DNA of 64,000 nucleotides from Nitrospirales bacterium. Its GTDB lineage: Bacteria > Nitrospirota > Nitrospiria > Nitrospirales > UBA8639. Where the stretch lies: assembly GCA_965203295.1 (NCBI GenBank), contig CBDBCZ010000009.1:160001-224000 (forward strand). The letters are read 5' to 3'. Below are positions 13,261-26,491 of the stretch, piece after piece. Positions within the stretch are counted from its first letter, which is position 1. Each line of letters starts with the position of its first letter. The position numbers were made by a program, and so were the translations under genes. Below the pieces are notes generated by a model, which did not search any database, was not told the origin of the DNA, and saw only the letters and a program-made list of their open reading frames with translations.

Positions 13261-14050
13261 TGTTGATCATGTTTATATACTCCAGCCCCCAGGGCAATAT
13301 ATAACATACGGCACATCAGACAGTTACTATACATGCATGCAGTCACTAGCATAGCGCGAGAGCCACTTGTTCAATAAGGGGGCGTCTCCCGATTAGAGTA
13401 GCTAAAGTAGAGGGAGGAGCTGGGTCTTGGGGGCGGTGCTTATTACGCCACTTCCGCCACGTGTAGCCGGCTGACAGTTTCTCAGCCTCACCGTCTGTTA
13501 GTATGGACGCGAAGCGACTGTTTTGTTTACAGCATTCCGTCCACTCGGGTAAACCAAGACAAGTCGGAGAACCGCACAGAGCGATACTGTAGCTACTAGC
13601 TAAGCGTTGACTATTTCGGTTGCCATGTTGGTTGTTACCATGGACCCAAAGAACCAATCCGCTTAAGAATATAACAGATAAACCACGATTGCCAGGCATT
13701 TATGGCTATAAACAGCCCTCGCCCTCGGGCTAGTGCAGTTTATGGACCATAAATCCCTGGCTACCGCAGTTTATCTATTAATTATCACGACTGTCCTTAC
13801 AGCACTAATAGTTCAGTTGTGCATTGCTTCAGGGCTTCAAATTGAACTGGAGCCTAGAAATTAGGCACCATTAATTGATTAAACATCGTAATAGTTCTGG
13901 ATATATTGTGCTACCATGGCTACTACATATAATGTAATTGCTCGCTCACCTTGTTGCTATAACTACATATCCTGTGGCTAATTATAAGTACCCAAACTCC
14001 TACACACATGCCAGTGTAGTAATAGTGTGACATGAGCTGTAAGTGATGAA

Positions 14051-14219
14051 CCTCAGGAGGACAGACCTGCCCCCCTCCCTCCAGTACTGTAGCAGAGTAA
14101 CTCACTGTAGATAGTGAGCTGTTGTCATGCTGGCTAGTCGCACCTTCCTGGCATGAAGTGAGCTGAAGTTCAGCAGCTAGAATGAGTGCAAAAACTGCGT
14201 ACAAAACTTTACTCCTCAT
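14051..14219 (-). pseudogene. Internally deleted copy of the secreted gene at 19467-20543
   Basis: Encodes MRSKVLYAVFALILAAELQLTSCQEG...GGGQVCPPE, then jumps to sequence matching ~18960-19040 (downstream flank of the intact gene). Confidence 0.85.
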
Positions 14220-14829
14220 TGTGGCCAAACAGCTTGTGTCCAACTGTTTTAGAGTGTGATTGTTGTGACTGGGACATGCCTTATATACTCTAGGAATGGG
14301 ATGTAAAGTACCAAACTAGGTCACCTTCAGGTAGCAAATTAATAGCTTGGAACCATGACCAAATTAAGGCACGTACGTTCCAGTGGAGAGAGGAGGACAT
14401 GTACAAATTAATAGATGGCGCCACTGAATACAATACAGTGTGTGGCTGGCAATTTATTAATAAGTAGCTTTACTGGAGCACACACACAGCAGCTGGAATG
14501 ATACACATTCCAGACATTCTAAGAGTTATTGTTGGGAATTCAATTGCAGAAAATGCATTATGCATTCTAATAATAGTCACTTGATGAGGTAATGCTATTA
14601 CTGTCACTGAATGCCATGGCAAACTCCAGACTACCAATCAGACATACGTATTAGCCACCTTACAGCAAGAAATTAAATTAAGCCACGCATTAAATTAAGC
14701 CACGCATTAGCTCTTGAGATATTTTAAACTGCATTGAGGAGTCACAATTCATTACAGTCTGTAAATCTGGATATGACACGAGGCTTTTAGCACCCTCTTA
14801 TTACACTGTTCGCATTATACACTGCTAAT

Positions 14830-14866
<37 letters not shown>

Positions 14867-15684
14867 GGAGGGGGGGGGGGTTATTAGGGAGAGAAAATAA
14901 TAAAGGAAGGGCTGTGGCAGAGTTCTTGTCCATTACTTTATGAGTTACCGAGTTTATGGTTTGATTAGCTGCATTATGCACACATGACTGGCCCAGTGAT
15001 GTGTGAGGTCCACCATGGGCATATACATGCAGCTTATAGCTGTGACCTATCCCATCTGGTACCCTGTGGCTTAGTCTCATACCCAGATCCCAACCCTAAC
15101 TTTATTCTGATTTATAGACACACCTCCTCAGAAATCACAGTAGATTGAAATTGTGTGTATGGGAGGTGTTTCTTGTTGAAACTAAAATTAAACTTTTCTT
15201 CAGTATCAGACTAAATCTAATTGGCTATGTAAAGCCACACTAAAAACACACTAGTTTATATATTATGTCTGTAAACACTACAGCAGTTCACATCTTACAA
15301 CCCACCTGTCCTTTATTGAGACGTGCTCAGTGGGTACGTGAGCATGTCTGTAGTATTGAGTAGTATTGAGTTTAAGTGGACTTCGTGTAGAGCAATTAAG
15401 GAACATGCACATTCACGTGGATTTTTGGAGTATGAGCAATTTGGGAAAACATTCTAATACATTAGCAATGAAGTGGTTAGTCTGCACATCTTCCTCCCTG
15501 ATTCAGTCTGTGGTGTCTGCTTCACTTAATAGTTCTGATTAGCATGGTACCACAGCTGTAAATAGCTAAATTACTTTTCCTGTAACTGAATTACTTTTCC
15601 TGTAACTCAATTTATGAGAATATAAATGCTCTAAGATAATGTTTGAGATTTAGTGTATTACTTTTCCTGTAAATAAAATTTACA

Positions 15685-15770
15685 TGCACACGCACACGCA
15701 CACGCACACGCACACGCACACGCACACGCACACGCACACGCACACGCACACGCACACGCACACGCACACA
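15685..15770. repeat. (CACACG)n microsatellite
   Basis: Directly visible. Confidence 0.95.
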
Positions 15771-17108
15771 CCAATAGTGTGTGAGGTCCACGTGGTCATA
15801 ATCATACCTGCAGCTAATTCCTGTGGTTTTCCAATCATGTGTCCTGTGTATATACCTTAGTCTCATACCCAGATCCCATCCCTCACTAGATGGTCTGCCA
15901 CCATTGCACTGGTAGCTCAGCCTTCATTAAACTCTTTCAGATAATTAATTAGAAATTTTGGGTGAAGCAACGCGCTATGGGCTCAACAGTCTCAGCTTGT
16001 GTCCAACTGTTTTAGAGTATGATTGTTATGACTGGGACTTGCCTAGCTTATATACTCTAAAAATGGGATAAGTACCAAATCAATTTTAAGCTCCAGTGGA
16101 GAGAGGTAAACATGTACAAATTATTAGCTGGTGCCACTGAAGATTAAAACAGTAGAGCATGTGGCTGGCAATTACACAGCAGCTGGAATGATACACATTA
16201 CTAAGATATTTATTCTCATGAATTCAATTACAGGAAAGCCACTACAAATTCTAATAATAGTCACTTGATGAGGTAATGCACCATAACTAACACTGTAGTA
16301 ATTATAGACACTGAATGTCATGGCAAACGTTACTACTCATTGTGGCTGAACAGCTAGAGTGTGATCGTTGTGAGTGGGGCATGCCTTATTTACTCTAGGA
16401 ATGGGATATAAAGTACCAAATTCAGGCGCGTTCTAGCGGAGAGAGGAGGACATGTACAATCATTACCTGGCGCCACTGAAGATTAAAACAATACAGTGTA
16501 TGGCCAGCGGGCAATTTCTGTAGTAAATAGCTTTATTACAGCACACACACAGCAGCTGGGATGATACACATTCCAGACATCCTGAGGTAAGCATGAATTC
16601 AGTTACAGGAAAGCCATTATGCATTCTAAAAATAGTCACTTGATGAGATAATGCAGCACTCTACCTATCACTGTAGTGATGGGCACCGAATGCCATGGCA
16701 AACTTCACGAATCAGACGTATTAGCCACCTTACAGCTTAAACTTAATGCCACCCATCGCTCCACCCCCCCCCCCCCCCCCCCCCCCCCCCAAGTTTTTTA
16801 ATCACAAAGTGCTCCAGCTCTTTATGGTGAAGTGTATAAGAGCACTTTGCGATGAAAAGCTGGGGTTGGAGCCTGGGAACGAGGCTATTGAGAAGCCTCA
16901 ATTCATAATTGTTTGCATAAATTGCCAATCTGGACAAGGCACGAGACTGATCGAGAAAAGGGCAAGAATTGCAAACTATGCTTCAAACCATCTTGTGTTG
17001 TTGGCCACATGGCATGGCGAATTAATGAAAACATGTGACTGATATATAATCGTGTTTTCGGTAGGAACGTACAATTTAATGTTAAGGCAACAGCAGTTTA
17101 CAACTTAA

Positions 17109-17237
17109 CTCTTTCCCAGCCAAGTTTTAATACATCCATAAGGCTAATGTGAATTTATATTGGCCTTTTTATATTAGGCGTTAACATAAAGTACATGGTT
17201 TTTCTATTTTATAAATGTGCCCATGGCGTTCAAAGAG
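17109..17237. mobile_element. piggyBac-like MITE
   Basis: TTAA|CTCTTT...AAAGAG|TTAA; close copy at 46201-46339 and a related element at 18503-18645. Confidence 0.65.
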
Positions 17238-17853
17238 TTAATAAATCATAGCCCACAGTGATATTGTTGAGATGTGCTCAGTTGGCACGTAAATATGTCT
17301 GTAGTAATGAGTTTATTGGCTTCATGTAGAGCAATTAAGGAACACACACACTCACGTCCATCTTTCGTGACTTGGGAATACGACTATGTGCACACACATG
17401 TATGCACTTGCACACATTCACCCCACAATCATGCGTGAACGTTCACCTCATACACAACTACCTGAGTGTATGATTACTTCACTGTATACCTGCACAGCCT
17501 GCCCACTCAATGCATCCTAATTATCTGAGGATGGGATAGCAGCATCAGGAAATTCCTATACAATATCCATGGCAACAGCAGGGTAAGTTATAAGCACCCA
17601 CATCCCTAATATAATAGGTGAAGAGAGTTTCAGATAGGAGCATGATAGGTATAGCTGCTGATCAGGCAGCAGCTATACATGTAGGTATAACTAGATTACT
17701 TACTATGACTGGAGATGAACTTCGACACACTCCATTGTCACACAATGTACTGTAAACCCGATCGCCTAATTGGTTACATATCTGAAAGCACTTGTACAGG
17801 CAAGAGGTTTAATAAGGTGGAAACTCAGGGGTAGGGTCAACCACACTTCCTTT

Positions 17854-18393
17854 TTACCCCGCGCCGTGCATGCGCGAGCGGGGTTAAGCAATCGGTTTTG
17901 TCCGTCTGTCGTTGTCGTTGTCGTTGTTGTCTGTCATAAAATTTTTTGGAAAAACGCTCAAACGGGCGATTTAGATGTTACAACAATTTCTAAACAGGAT
18001 TATAACACTGAAGTCCGTGGTACATTAGCTTGTCTGTACCTGATATAGTAGAAAGCGGTTTTATTCTCGGCATTTTCACGCTTTTTCTGATTATCGGTGG
18101 TGTTCCACCATTTTTTAATACGGCAATTGGTCACGCCTTTTTTAATACGGCAGTTGGTCACGCCTACAGCTTGAATACGGACATACGCGAGTGCTCGAGT
18201 ATGGTATACGAGTCTTATATTCAACATGGAGCTTAGAAGAGATACTCAGATAGAAAGCATGCTGGAGTATACGTAGAGAAACGCCCGTATCATTACTACG
18301 GCGATAAGCCACGCCTACAGCTCGCATACGGTGCTATATACAGTGTGCAGGGTCCAGGAGCGCGGGGTATATCTCTGCTAGAGACCTCTAGTT
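17854..18393 (+). mobile_element. Helentron-like element (HINE), subfamily B
   Basis: TACCCCGCGC...GCGGGGTTAAGCAATCGG, (GTC/GTT)n tract, 3' CGCGGGGTA and CTAGAGACCTCTAG stem-loop; T-run insertion site. Confidence 0.75.
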
Positions 18394-18502
18394 TTACTGT
18401 GCTCATTTCTATGGTTCTGTTTAAGAAACTGTGATATGGATGGGCTATAGCTGTAGACTTTTTGTGTGCATGTGTATGTAGTAACCTAGTTTAATTAATT
18501 AA

Positions 18503-18645
18503 CTCTTTACCAACCAATGACGCATATATGCGTCATGAGCTCCCATAAGCCCATATGAATTTATATGGGGGGTTTAATATTAGGCGTTAATACTTTATAC
18601 AGGCTTTTCTGCTTCTTTAAGCTGTTTCTTATGGTCGGTAAAGGG
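18503..18645. mobile_element. piggyBac-like MITE
   Basis: TTAA|CTCTTTACCAACCA...TGGTCGGTAAAGGG|TTAA. Confidence 0.65.
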
Positions 18646-19466
18646 TTAACTAGCTGCTACCTCATCAGAATGCCGTATTCCTGTTGAAAAATAACATGCC
18701 CATAGGAGCCCCAGTGAACGTTAGTGAGCACTACAGCAATTCACATCTTACAAGCCACCTGTCTGGTCCAGACATCCTCACTGGAAACATGAGTATGTCT
18801 GTATAGTAATGAGTTTTTCATTAAGTGGCTTCTTGTAGTGCAATTAAGGAACGTACATTCTATATAAATTCTCATCATTGCAATGACATCAGGAAAATAG
18901 TTTAGAGACGTTCCCATAGCAATTAGTAGCCAGGAAAGCAGATACAGGCCAGACTACACACCTTGTTGCCATAGCTTCATATCCTGTGGCTAATTAGAAG
19001 TACCCAGGCTCCTACACACACATGCCAGTGCAGTAATAGTGCTTACAGGCTACAACATTTAGCTTTAAGTTGTGGAAATATTAACACAGGATTGATTGGT
19101 ACTCTCTTCCATAAACCCGCTGTAATGCAATATTTGAAATTGTTACCCACCTTAGGATACCTATGACCAAATCATCTTGATTTCAGAACTTTTTTGCTTG
19201 AAAAAAATCTGATAATGACAAACAAGAGAAACAGCTACACCAACAAATGGGTTAACGCTAGTAACTATCACAAACTGAAGTATAAAACCAAGGGACTGTA
19301 AATAAAAATATTTAGCCAAGGGCCAGTCGAACCCATGACAGGGAAAAAACTATGGTGGACAAAGAAAAAACTATACGTCAGCTGAAAGAAAAACTCACCA
19401 TAGAAAAACCCAAAATATAAGATTACAACACACTACTGTAGCATTTAATTTACAACACTCAAGTAA

Positions 19467-20543
19467 TTATTGCACAAAGATCTCAATCAGTTCAATAGGA
19501 GTGTCCTCCTCTTGAATGGCATTATCGCCACATATTCTCATTTCAATATTGTCAGTTGTGGGTTCAGGTAGAATTTTACAAAAGTACGGTGGCCCATTCA
19601 GCTCGCAGCAAGTACTTCCTGACCCACAGCCCTCTCCATCCCAGAGTGGGTCACCATCAGGGTAAAATACACCATTAGTCACAATACCAGTAATACCAGT
19701 CTCACAGAAGTAGTCTTGCCCCACAAAAGAAGGAATGGATTGCGGACTTCGACTATTGGTGCAAGGACAGACTAACTCAGCATGTGAATCCAGCTCCGTG
19801 ATTGAAGCAGCAAATGTCCAAACATGCTCTTTCTCTGTTCCACGTGTGATAACCACTCCATCCACATAGGGGTCTTCAATTCTAGTATAGGGTCCATAAT
19901 TGTAATTCCAAAATGCATCCGTGGATCCCAACTGGTAGGCAATAATTCTACCACAGATCTGAGAAAATGAGATATTGTAAGTACTGAAAGAGACAGAACT
20001 GCAGCCGCCACCACCTGGCAGAGTTACATTGGTTCTTCCACACGTTCTCACTGGCTCTGCGATCTCCCTCCAGGCTGGTGGACACTGGTGGGTAGGGTCA
20101 GTCATGTTGAGGAAGGCCACACGACACCATCCTCCAACACTAGCACTGCTACAACTACACTCCCTGGTCAAGTCGCAATAGACCCGAACAGCTGTTCCAC
20201 TAGAGCTGGCGATCCAGTAGTACTCTGACGGGAGTTGGGGGTCGCACTGTGACACTTCAAGGCAGGATGATGCAGGACTCTCCTGGACTTGACCTGGACA
20301 GTGTACGTCAAGGATATCATTGCGAATAATGTTCAAAATATCTTCAGCAATTTCAGCTCTGGCCATCTCCAGTTGCTCCTCAGGAGGACAGACCTGCCCC
20401 CCTCCTTCCAGTACTGTAGCAGAGTAACTTGCTGGTACTGTACGGTTGTCATGCTGGCTAGTCACACCTTCCTGGCATGAAGTGAGCTGAAGTTCAGCAG
20501 CTAGAATGAGTGCAAGAACTGCGTACAAAGCGTTACTACTCAT
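19467..20543 (-). CDS. Intronless 358-aa secreted cysteine-rich protein with a fibrinogen/intelectin-like N-terminal motif; function unknown
   Basis: Intact ORF; hydrophobic signal peptide; ASSCxE...PSEYYWI...VYCD...GGW motif, then CGRIIAYQ, YVDGV, HVWTFAA, CPC, FVGQDYFCETG, DPLWDGEGC, which I recognise as a family strongly expanded in demosponges. Confidence 0.85.
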   Translation of the reverse strand: MSSNALYAVLALILAAELQLTSCQEGVTSQHDNRTVPASYSATVLEGGGQVCPPEEQLEMARAEIAEDILNIIRNDILDVHCPGQVQESPASSCLEVSQCDPQLPSEYYWIASSSGTAVRVYCDLTRECSCSSASVGGWCRVAFLNMTDPTHQCPPAWREIAEPVRTCGRTNVTLPGGGGCSSVSFSTYNISFSQICGRIIAYQLGSTDAFWNYNYGPYTRIEDPYVDGVVITRGTEKEHVWTFAASITELDSHAELVCPCTNSRSPQSIPSFVGQDYFCETGITGIVTNGVFYPDGDPLWDGEGCGSGSTCCELNGPPYFCKILPEPTTDNIEMRICGDNAIQEEDTPIELIEIFVQ

Positions 20544-20569
20544 TGTGACTAAACAGCTTGTGCCGAAAT

Positions 20570-20800
20570 TGTGACTGGGACATGCCTTATATACTCTAGG
20601 AATGGGATGTAAAGTACCAAATTAAGTTACGCTCCAGTGGAGAGAGGAGGACATGTACAAATTATTAGCCGGCGCCACTAAAGATTAATACAGCACAGTG
20701 TTCTGGCTGACAATTTTTTTAATCAGTAGCTTTACTAGAGCACACATACAGCAGCTGGAATGGTACACATTCCAGACATCCTAACATAAGAGTATTTATT
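20570..20800 (-). promoter_or_regulatory. TATA-containing upstream module of the secreted-protein gene
   Basis: TATATAA (minus strand, 20587-20593) ~45 nt upstream of the ATG; the module recurs near 2500, 14265, 16030, 16370, 22530 and 26540. Confidence 0.6.
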
Positions 20801-21379
20801 GTCGTGAATTCAATCAACACATTAGCCATCTTACAGTTTACAAGAAGTAAAATCAATGCCTACCATTAACTCTTGTGATATTAAACTGCATTGAGGAGTC
20901 ACAATTCATGACAGTCTGCAAATTTGCCAATCTGGATGTGACACAGACTGAGGAAGGAAGAATTACAAACTAACAGTCTTCTTAGTACTCACTGTGAACA
21001 ACCCTGTGTAGTTTCCCACATGCGGCATTGTGGATTAATAATAAGCTCTGTGACTGACATAAAATTGTGTTTTGGGTAGGAACGTACCATAATATTATTT
21101 AATGTTAACATAACCGTAGTTCACATTTTTCACCCCGCCTGCATGTCGTTAAGTAATTTTGTCGAGACGTGTCACGTGCTCAGTGGGCACATGAGCATGT
21201 CTGTAGTAATGAGTTTAAGTGGGCTTCTTGTAGAGCAATTACAGAACACACACACTCTTGTCAGTCTTTGAGTAAGAGAGAAACCCACTTAACTCAAGTG
21301 CTTCATGAGCTGGTCTCAACGAAGGACAAGTGGGTTGAAAGATGTGAAGTGCTGTAGTGTTCACAGACGTTTACTCCTC

Positions 21380-21458
21380 GCCTCCCTTCCTTTCCCCTCC
21401 CCTCCCCTCCCCTCCCCTCCCCTCCCTTCCCCCTCCCCTCCCCTCCCCTCCCCATCCC
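21380..21458. repeat. (CCCCT)n pentanucleotide repeat
   Basis: Directly visible. Confidence 0.9.
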
Positions 21459-22062
21459 ACAGGGTCAGCTGCAAGTGTTTTTGTTTCAACCACTCTATGA
21501 AGAGTTGTGGGTTGGATGTACTGATGGAGGAGTCAGAGGAGGAAGGGGAGGGGCATGCCAATACACACCTCCAGATCACTGATATGTGAGTAGTATGTAT
21601 GAAGTTCACAGCAGTACCTGGCTTTCAAAAATTATTGATACTGAATGGCCACAGTCATTGAAGGAAAGTTTAGAATGTGCAGAGTTTGAACTGTTGCTAA
21701 CTATAGTTGCAATGTTGTCGTCAGCCAGATGTTGAAAAGATGATGTAATTTACTGCGCTGAGCACAGTGTCTCTATGGCAGCAGCTCTTTATCTTGAAGC
21801 TCAGGATAAAGGGAGAGTTGGCTTAAGGCTGTATGTGAGACTGGTGATGAGGGTAAAGGATGGGGATGGGTAATTGGGGTCACGGTGGGTGTGTGGGCCT
21901 GAGATCTCAAGGTCTGTATATGTGTGCGCACTCACGTGTGTGTTGTGTTGTAATAGAGAATAAAAACAAAAAGTGTTTTAGTAGGAACAAATACAGATCT
22001 AGTTACCTAACTAAAACTAATTCTTCAAGAGTGGAAATAAGCTACTGCTAAATTATTAAAAA

Positions 22063-22482
22063 AGGCCACACGAGACCATCCTCCAACACTAGCACTGCTA
22101 CAACTACACTCCCTGGTCATGTCGCAATAGACCCGAACAGCTGTTCCATTAGAGCTTGCGATCCAGTAGTACTCTGATGGGAGTTGGGGGTCGCACTGTG
22201 ACACTTCTAGACAGGATTGTCCTGGAATTGACCTGAACAGTGTACGTGAGGGATATTATTGCGAACAATATTCTAAACGTCTTCAGCAATTTCAGCTCTG
22301 GCCATCTCCAGTTGCTCCTCAGGAGGACAGACCTGCCCCCCTCCCTCCAGTACTGTAGAAGAGTAACTCACTGGTAGTGAGCTATTTTCATGCTGGCTAG
22401 TCACACCTTCCTGGCATGAAATGAGCTGAAGTTCAGCAGCTAGAACGAGTGCAAGAACTGTGTAATATATGCTACTACTCAT
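22063..22482 (-). pseudogene. Truncated pseudogene of the secreted-protein family
   Basis: Close match to the first ~140 codons of 19467-20543, with a premature TAG at 22273-22275, a small frameshifting deletion near 22215 and truncation at GGWxRVA. Confidence 0.9.
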
Positions 22483-24587
22483 TGTGGCTGAACAGCTTGT
22501 ACCCAAGTACATGAGGGTGTGATTGTTGTGACTGAAACGTGCCTTATATACGCAAAGCACCAAATTAAGGCACATTCTATATCCAGGAAATGGAAATTTG
22601 AGAAGCTGTTACCAATGCAAAGTACATGTGTGTTGGAAGGGTCCAGGTATGAGAATCCCCAAATTCATGACAAAAACTCGTCAGAGAGCAGGTTAATACC
22701 AGTTTATATGCAATACAAGATCAGAGGATATAGGACACTATTCCTATAAGGGAATTTCTCCTGAAATCAGAGGCCATGTCCAACCTCCTCTGGACATTAG
22801 TGAACTGTCTACATTGTACCCTGCTGTTGTCAGGGCTACTGTATTGGAATTTCCTGTTGCAGCTAATTAGGCAGACTGTGCAGGTGGTATGCTGGTTCAC
22901 AATACAGTGAAGTAATCATGTACTTAGGTAGTTGTGTACTAGGTGAATGTAGGGCATTGTGGGGTGGGTGGGCATGTGTATGCAACCAAAATTTGACTTA
23001 GCCAATGTGGTCCTTGTGAGCCCACGTTCTGTTTAGCCAATCATCATGGAGTATGGAAGTAGCCTTGTTCCCGGCCTTGTGACTATTTCAGGTACACGAA
23101 AGTGTTAGTTAATAACTAAACAAGCTGCCTAGATGGCTAGTCCATCACATTCACATGGGATATAGTGACTCCAATTATTCGAACCATCTAATTCTTGGAA
23201 TAGCTACCCCAATTTTCCAAGAAAAAACGCAGTCTGTTTCTTGTGTGGAGTTCACATTCCACAGTTAGCTAGCTAGCAAAGGAAGGGAAAATCTGACAAA
23301 AACAAGTCCTGACATTTCATGCAGTCTAAAACACCAGCCGAGCACCTTTTTCGGCTGTGATTCAGAAGTGCGGGAACTTGTAGTGAACATGGCCTGGGTT
23401 CCGGGGGGGCTGGGGGCTGCTTGGTTCAGGGCTGCTCTTACAATTTTTAAAGTTTCATAAGCTTTTTAATCTTTTTAACTTTTTCTAGGAGGCTCCTGCT
23501 GGTTTCGGTAAGACCTTACAGTTAAGCCGAGACCATGGGAATTTCTCCGAAGGGTTTTTTAACAGAGGGAAGACCTATTTGGTCCCCTTTTATAACTTTT
23601 TTAAGAAACCTTTTTAACTATTTTCAATTTATTTTAAATTTCTGCGGTCACGGGCTGGGTGGTCTCTGGTTCTATCCGGGTCCCGGGTTCCCTTGGTTAC
23701 AATCGGAGCTTTTTCTACTCTTTCTATTCTTTTCACTATTTCTCTATTTCATGACTCTATTTTTCTACTTTTTAATTTGCCCATTTGGATTTTATTGTGC
23801 CTGATTTGCAATATGCTCAATTAAATAGGTTATGTGCTTAACTAGACTGTAATGTAAGGGGTTGCAGTAGTGTAGATATAGTTCTGTGGGTTAGGATAGG
23901 TTAGTTTTTTAGGCCTCAAGCTAGTGAGTGCAGTAATAATGATTAGGATACCTTTCAGTTTTCATGGGCCAACTTTAATCTGAGGTGGGAAAGACTGCGA
24001 ATAAGGCTAGGGTGCCCCCACCAAATTCAAGGTCCACTGTAGTACAGCACTGTCAAGGTCCACTGTAGTACTTGTCTTGGCTGAGCTCACACGTGCACAC
24101 TCACAGATGACACTACTGCAGCCAGGTATAGTGTAGCCTCGTTCCCAGGCTCTACTGCCCAGCTTTTTTTCGCGCGTAGTAAAATAAGCGGTCAGAGCTG
24201 ATCGCTTATTTTACTACGTGCGAAAAAAGCTCACTGCTTATTTTACTATGTGCGAAAAAAGCTGACTGCTTATTTTACTACGTGTGAAAAAAAGCTGGGC
24301 AAACATTACCCTGCACTGTACAAATGGGACCCTAGACTCTATGCTGGATCACAAACTTGGTTGGTATAGAGCTGTTGGTATAGTACGTGGTAGCAGCTGG
24401 CTGTGGTGTACCCAGAGTGCACTGGCAGTGCTTGCATATGGCTCTATCCAAGCTATGGGCATGACCCATTGCCGTATTAATGTGATGGATGCTTCTCTAT
24501 GTATGTATACCCATGTTATGGTACGCCAATGTGAACACGTGTCCAGAGTCCGCATATGCCCCCGGATAGGCAGACACACTCACTCAC

Positions 24588-24721
<134 letters not shown>

Positions 24722-24754
24722 TCACGACACACACAGATATATCTAGTTCCTTCC

Positions 24755-25690
24755 TGCATACAACACTACATGGTCGTCCATCCAGACTCAAACCCTGTCC
24801 AGAATATCACCTGGATATAATGTTCCCAACAGATGAGATTTCAGTGGCCCAGTCATGCAAATCTTTGACTGACAAGCTCACCCAAGCTGATCGAGAACCG
24901 TGTTTGATCACACCAGGCCCCTTTTTAATAAACGTTTTTCCTCTCTCTTGGCATGCACTGTAGCTTTCTGGCTCTTTTTACAGGTTCTGTTTTTTGTTCA
25001 TGTCTCACTTCACACATCATGTAATTTGAATTTCATTTCCAAGAACACATAGCTTGAAACAAATTGGTGGGCATCTGGTGAATGATAAATAATGATTTCC
25101 AAGAACTGTAAATTGCATAGCTTGAAACAAATTGATGGGTATTTGGTGACTGATAAATAATGATTTCCAAGAACCATTACTTGCATAGCTTGAAACAAAT
25201 TGGTGGGCATCTGGTGAATGTTAAGTATATAATAATTTCCAAGAACTGTAAATTGCATAACCTAAAACAATTGGTGGGCATCTGGTGAATGTTAAGTAAT
25301 GATTTCAAAGAACTGTAAATTGTGTAACTTGAAACAAATTGGTACCACCTGACCATTGTTAATTAAGTAATGACTTCCAAGAACTGTAAAATGTGTGAGG
25401 ATTTGTATGATATTCTGCAGCTAAATTAATTTACTGTGCTGACATTACTGTGGCTGGAGGTAAATTTGAAAACACTCAATTTTGAAATTTACATATTGTA
25501 CTGTATACCATGCAGATTGCCTAATCGGATACATATCCAAAAGCACTTGTACATGTGCCTTTCCTGTGTATACAGACAAGATGTTTGGTGGGGTAGAAAC
25601 TGAGGGGTAGGGTCAACCGCACAACAATTTTTTCCACGATTATTACTGCATGTGCTCATTTCTTGGATGGTATTGTTCGAGAAAGTTAGG
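24755..25690 (+). repeat. Segment duplicated in inverted orientation at ~29370-30075, including a ~68-72 bp tandem repeat (~25035-25392)
   Basis: Shared sequence such as CAGATGAGATTTCAGTGGCCCAGTCATGCAAA and unit AATGATTTCCAAGAACTGTAAATTGCATAGCTTGAAACAAATTGGTGGGCA. Confidence 0.85.
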
Positions 25691-26351
25691 TTTTTTTGCG
25701 CGTACGTATACGTAGGACACAGTCCATGTGGGTTTGTAACTAGCATTGCAAATGACAGGTGTGTTGGATTGGAGCCCAAGAGAACATCAGTCAGCACTAG
25801 TAACTGCAATTCACTTCGTACATTACAACTCACCTGCCCTTCATTGATTTTGAGACATACGTACTCACTGGGCACATGTGTATGCCTGTAGTAATGAGCT
25901 TCTTGTCGAGCAATTAAGGAACACACACACTCACATTGATCTTTGAAGTATGAGCAACTTAGGAAGACGTTTCTACAACATTACAATGACACCACAAAAA
26001 TATTTAGAAACATTCCCTTAGCAACCAGTAGCCAGGAAAGCAGAGAGAGGACAGGCTACAATGTACTGAAAACAAACTCCAGACCATAGGGGTAGCCAGG
26101 CATGAGTGAAAGAAAGCAGCAGATACCAATGTATTGTGAACCAGCATACTGTCTGCACAGCCTGCCCACTCAAAACCATGCGGTAGGATGGCAATTACCT
26201 GACTACAACAGGATTTTCCTATACAGTAGCCATGGCAGGGAATAAAGTGGTCATCTACATCACTGTAGACATGCTGGTGAGGTATTGTATGTACATCCCC
26301 TATAGGAACCATATCCTGTACTTATAACTTTCCAATGTTTTGTTTACGTGA

Positions 26352-26491
26352 AGTACTGTAGCAGAGTAACTCACTGGTAGTGAGCTGTTGTCATGCTGGC
26401 TAGTCACACCTTCCTGGCATGAAGAGAGCTGAAGCTCATGATCAGCAGCTAGAACGAGTGCAAGAACTGTATACAAAGCGTTATTACTCAT
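26352..26491 (-). pseudogene. 5' fragment of the secreted-protein family
   Basis: MSNNALYTVLALVLAADHELQLSSCQEGVTSQHDNSSLPVSYSATVL, then similarity ends; TATA module retained upstream. Confidence 0.85.

Noticed and set aside
13340..13790. CpG-rich promoter-like stretch with E-box and a ~105-bp imperfect hairpin
   Set aside because: No convincing downstream exon chain; most likely internal to an unclassified repeat.
17770..18327. Short ORFs repeated near 28512-29026 and 62756-62959
   Set aside because: They lie within non-coding HINE copies; recurrence reflects the repeat, not coding constraint.
21463..21586. Single exon-like block after the (CCCCT)n tract
   Set aside because: The acceptor may be an artefact of the pyrimidine repeat; no partner exons or recognisable domain.
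23330..23830. Homopolymer-rich T-skewed segment with an 89-aa hydrophobic ORF
   Set aside because: Low-complexity composition explains the ORF; no motif or splice support.
25035..25392. Regularly spaced repeats resembling a CRISPR array
   Set aside because: Units are head-to-tail with homologous, not unique, intervening sequence; eukaryotic context; no cas genes.
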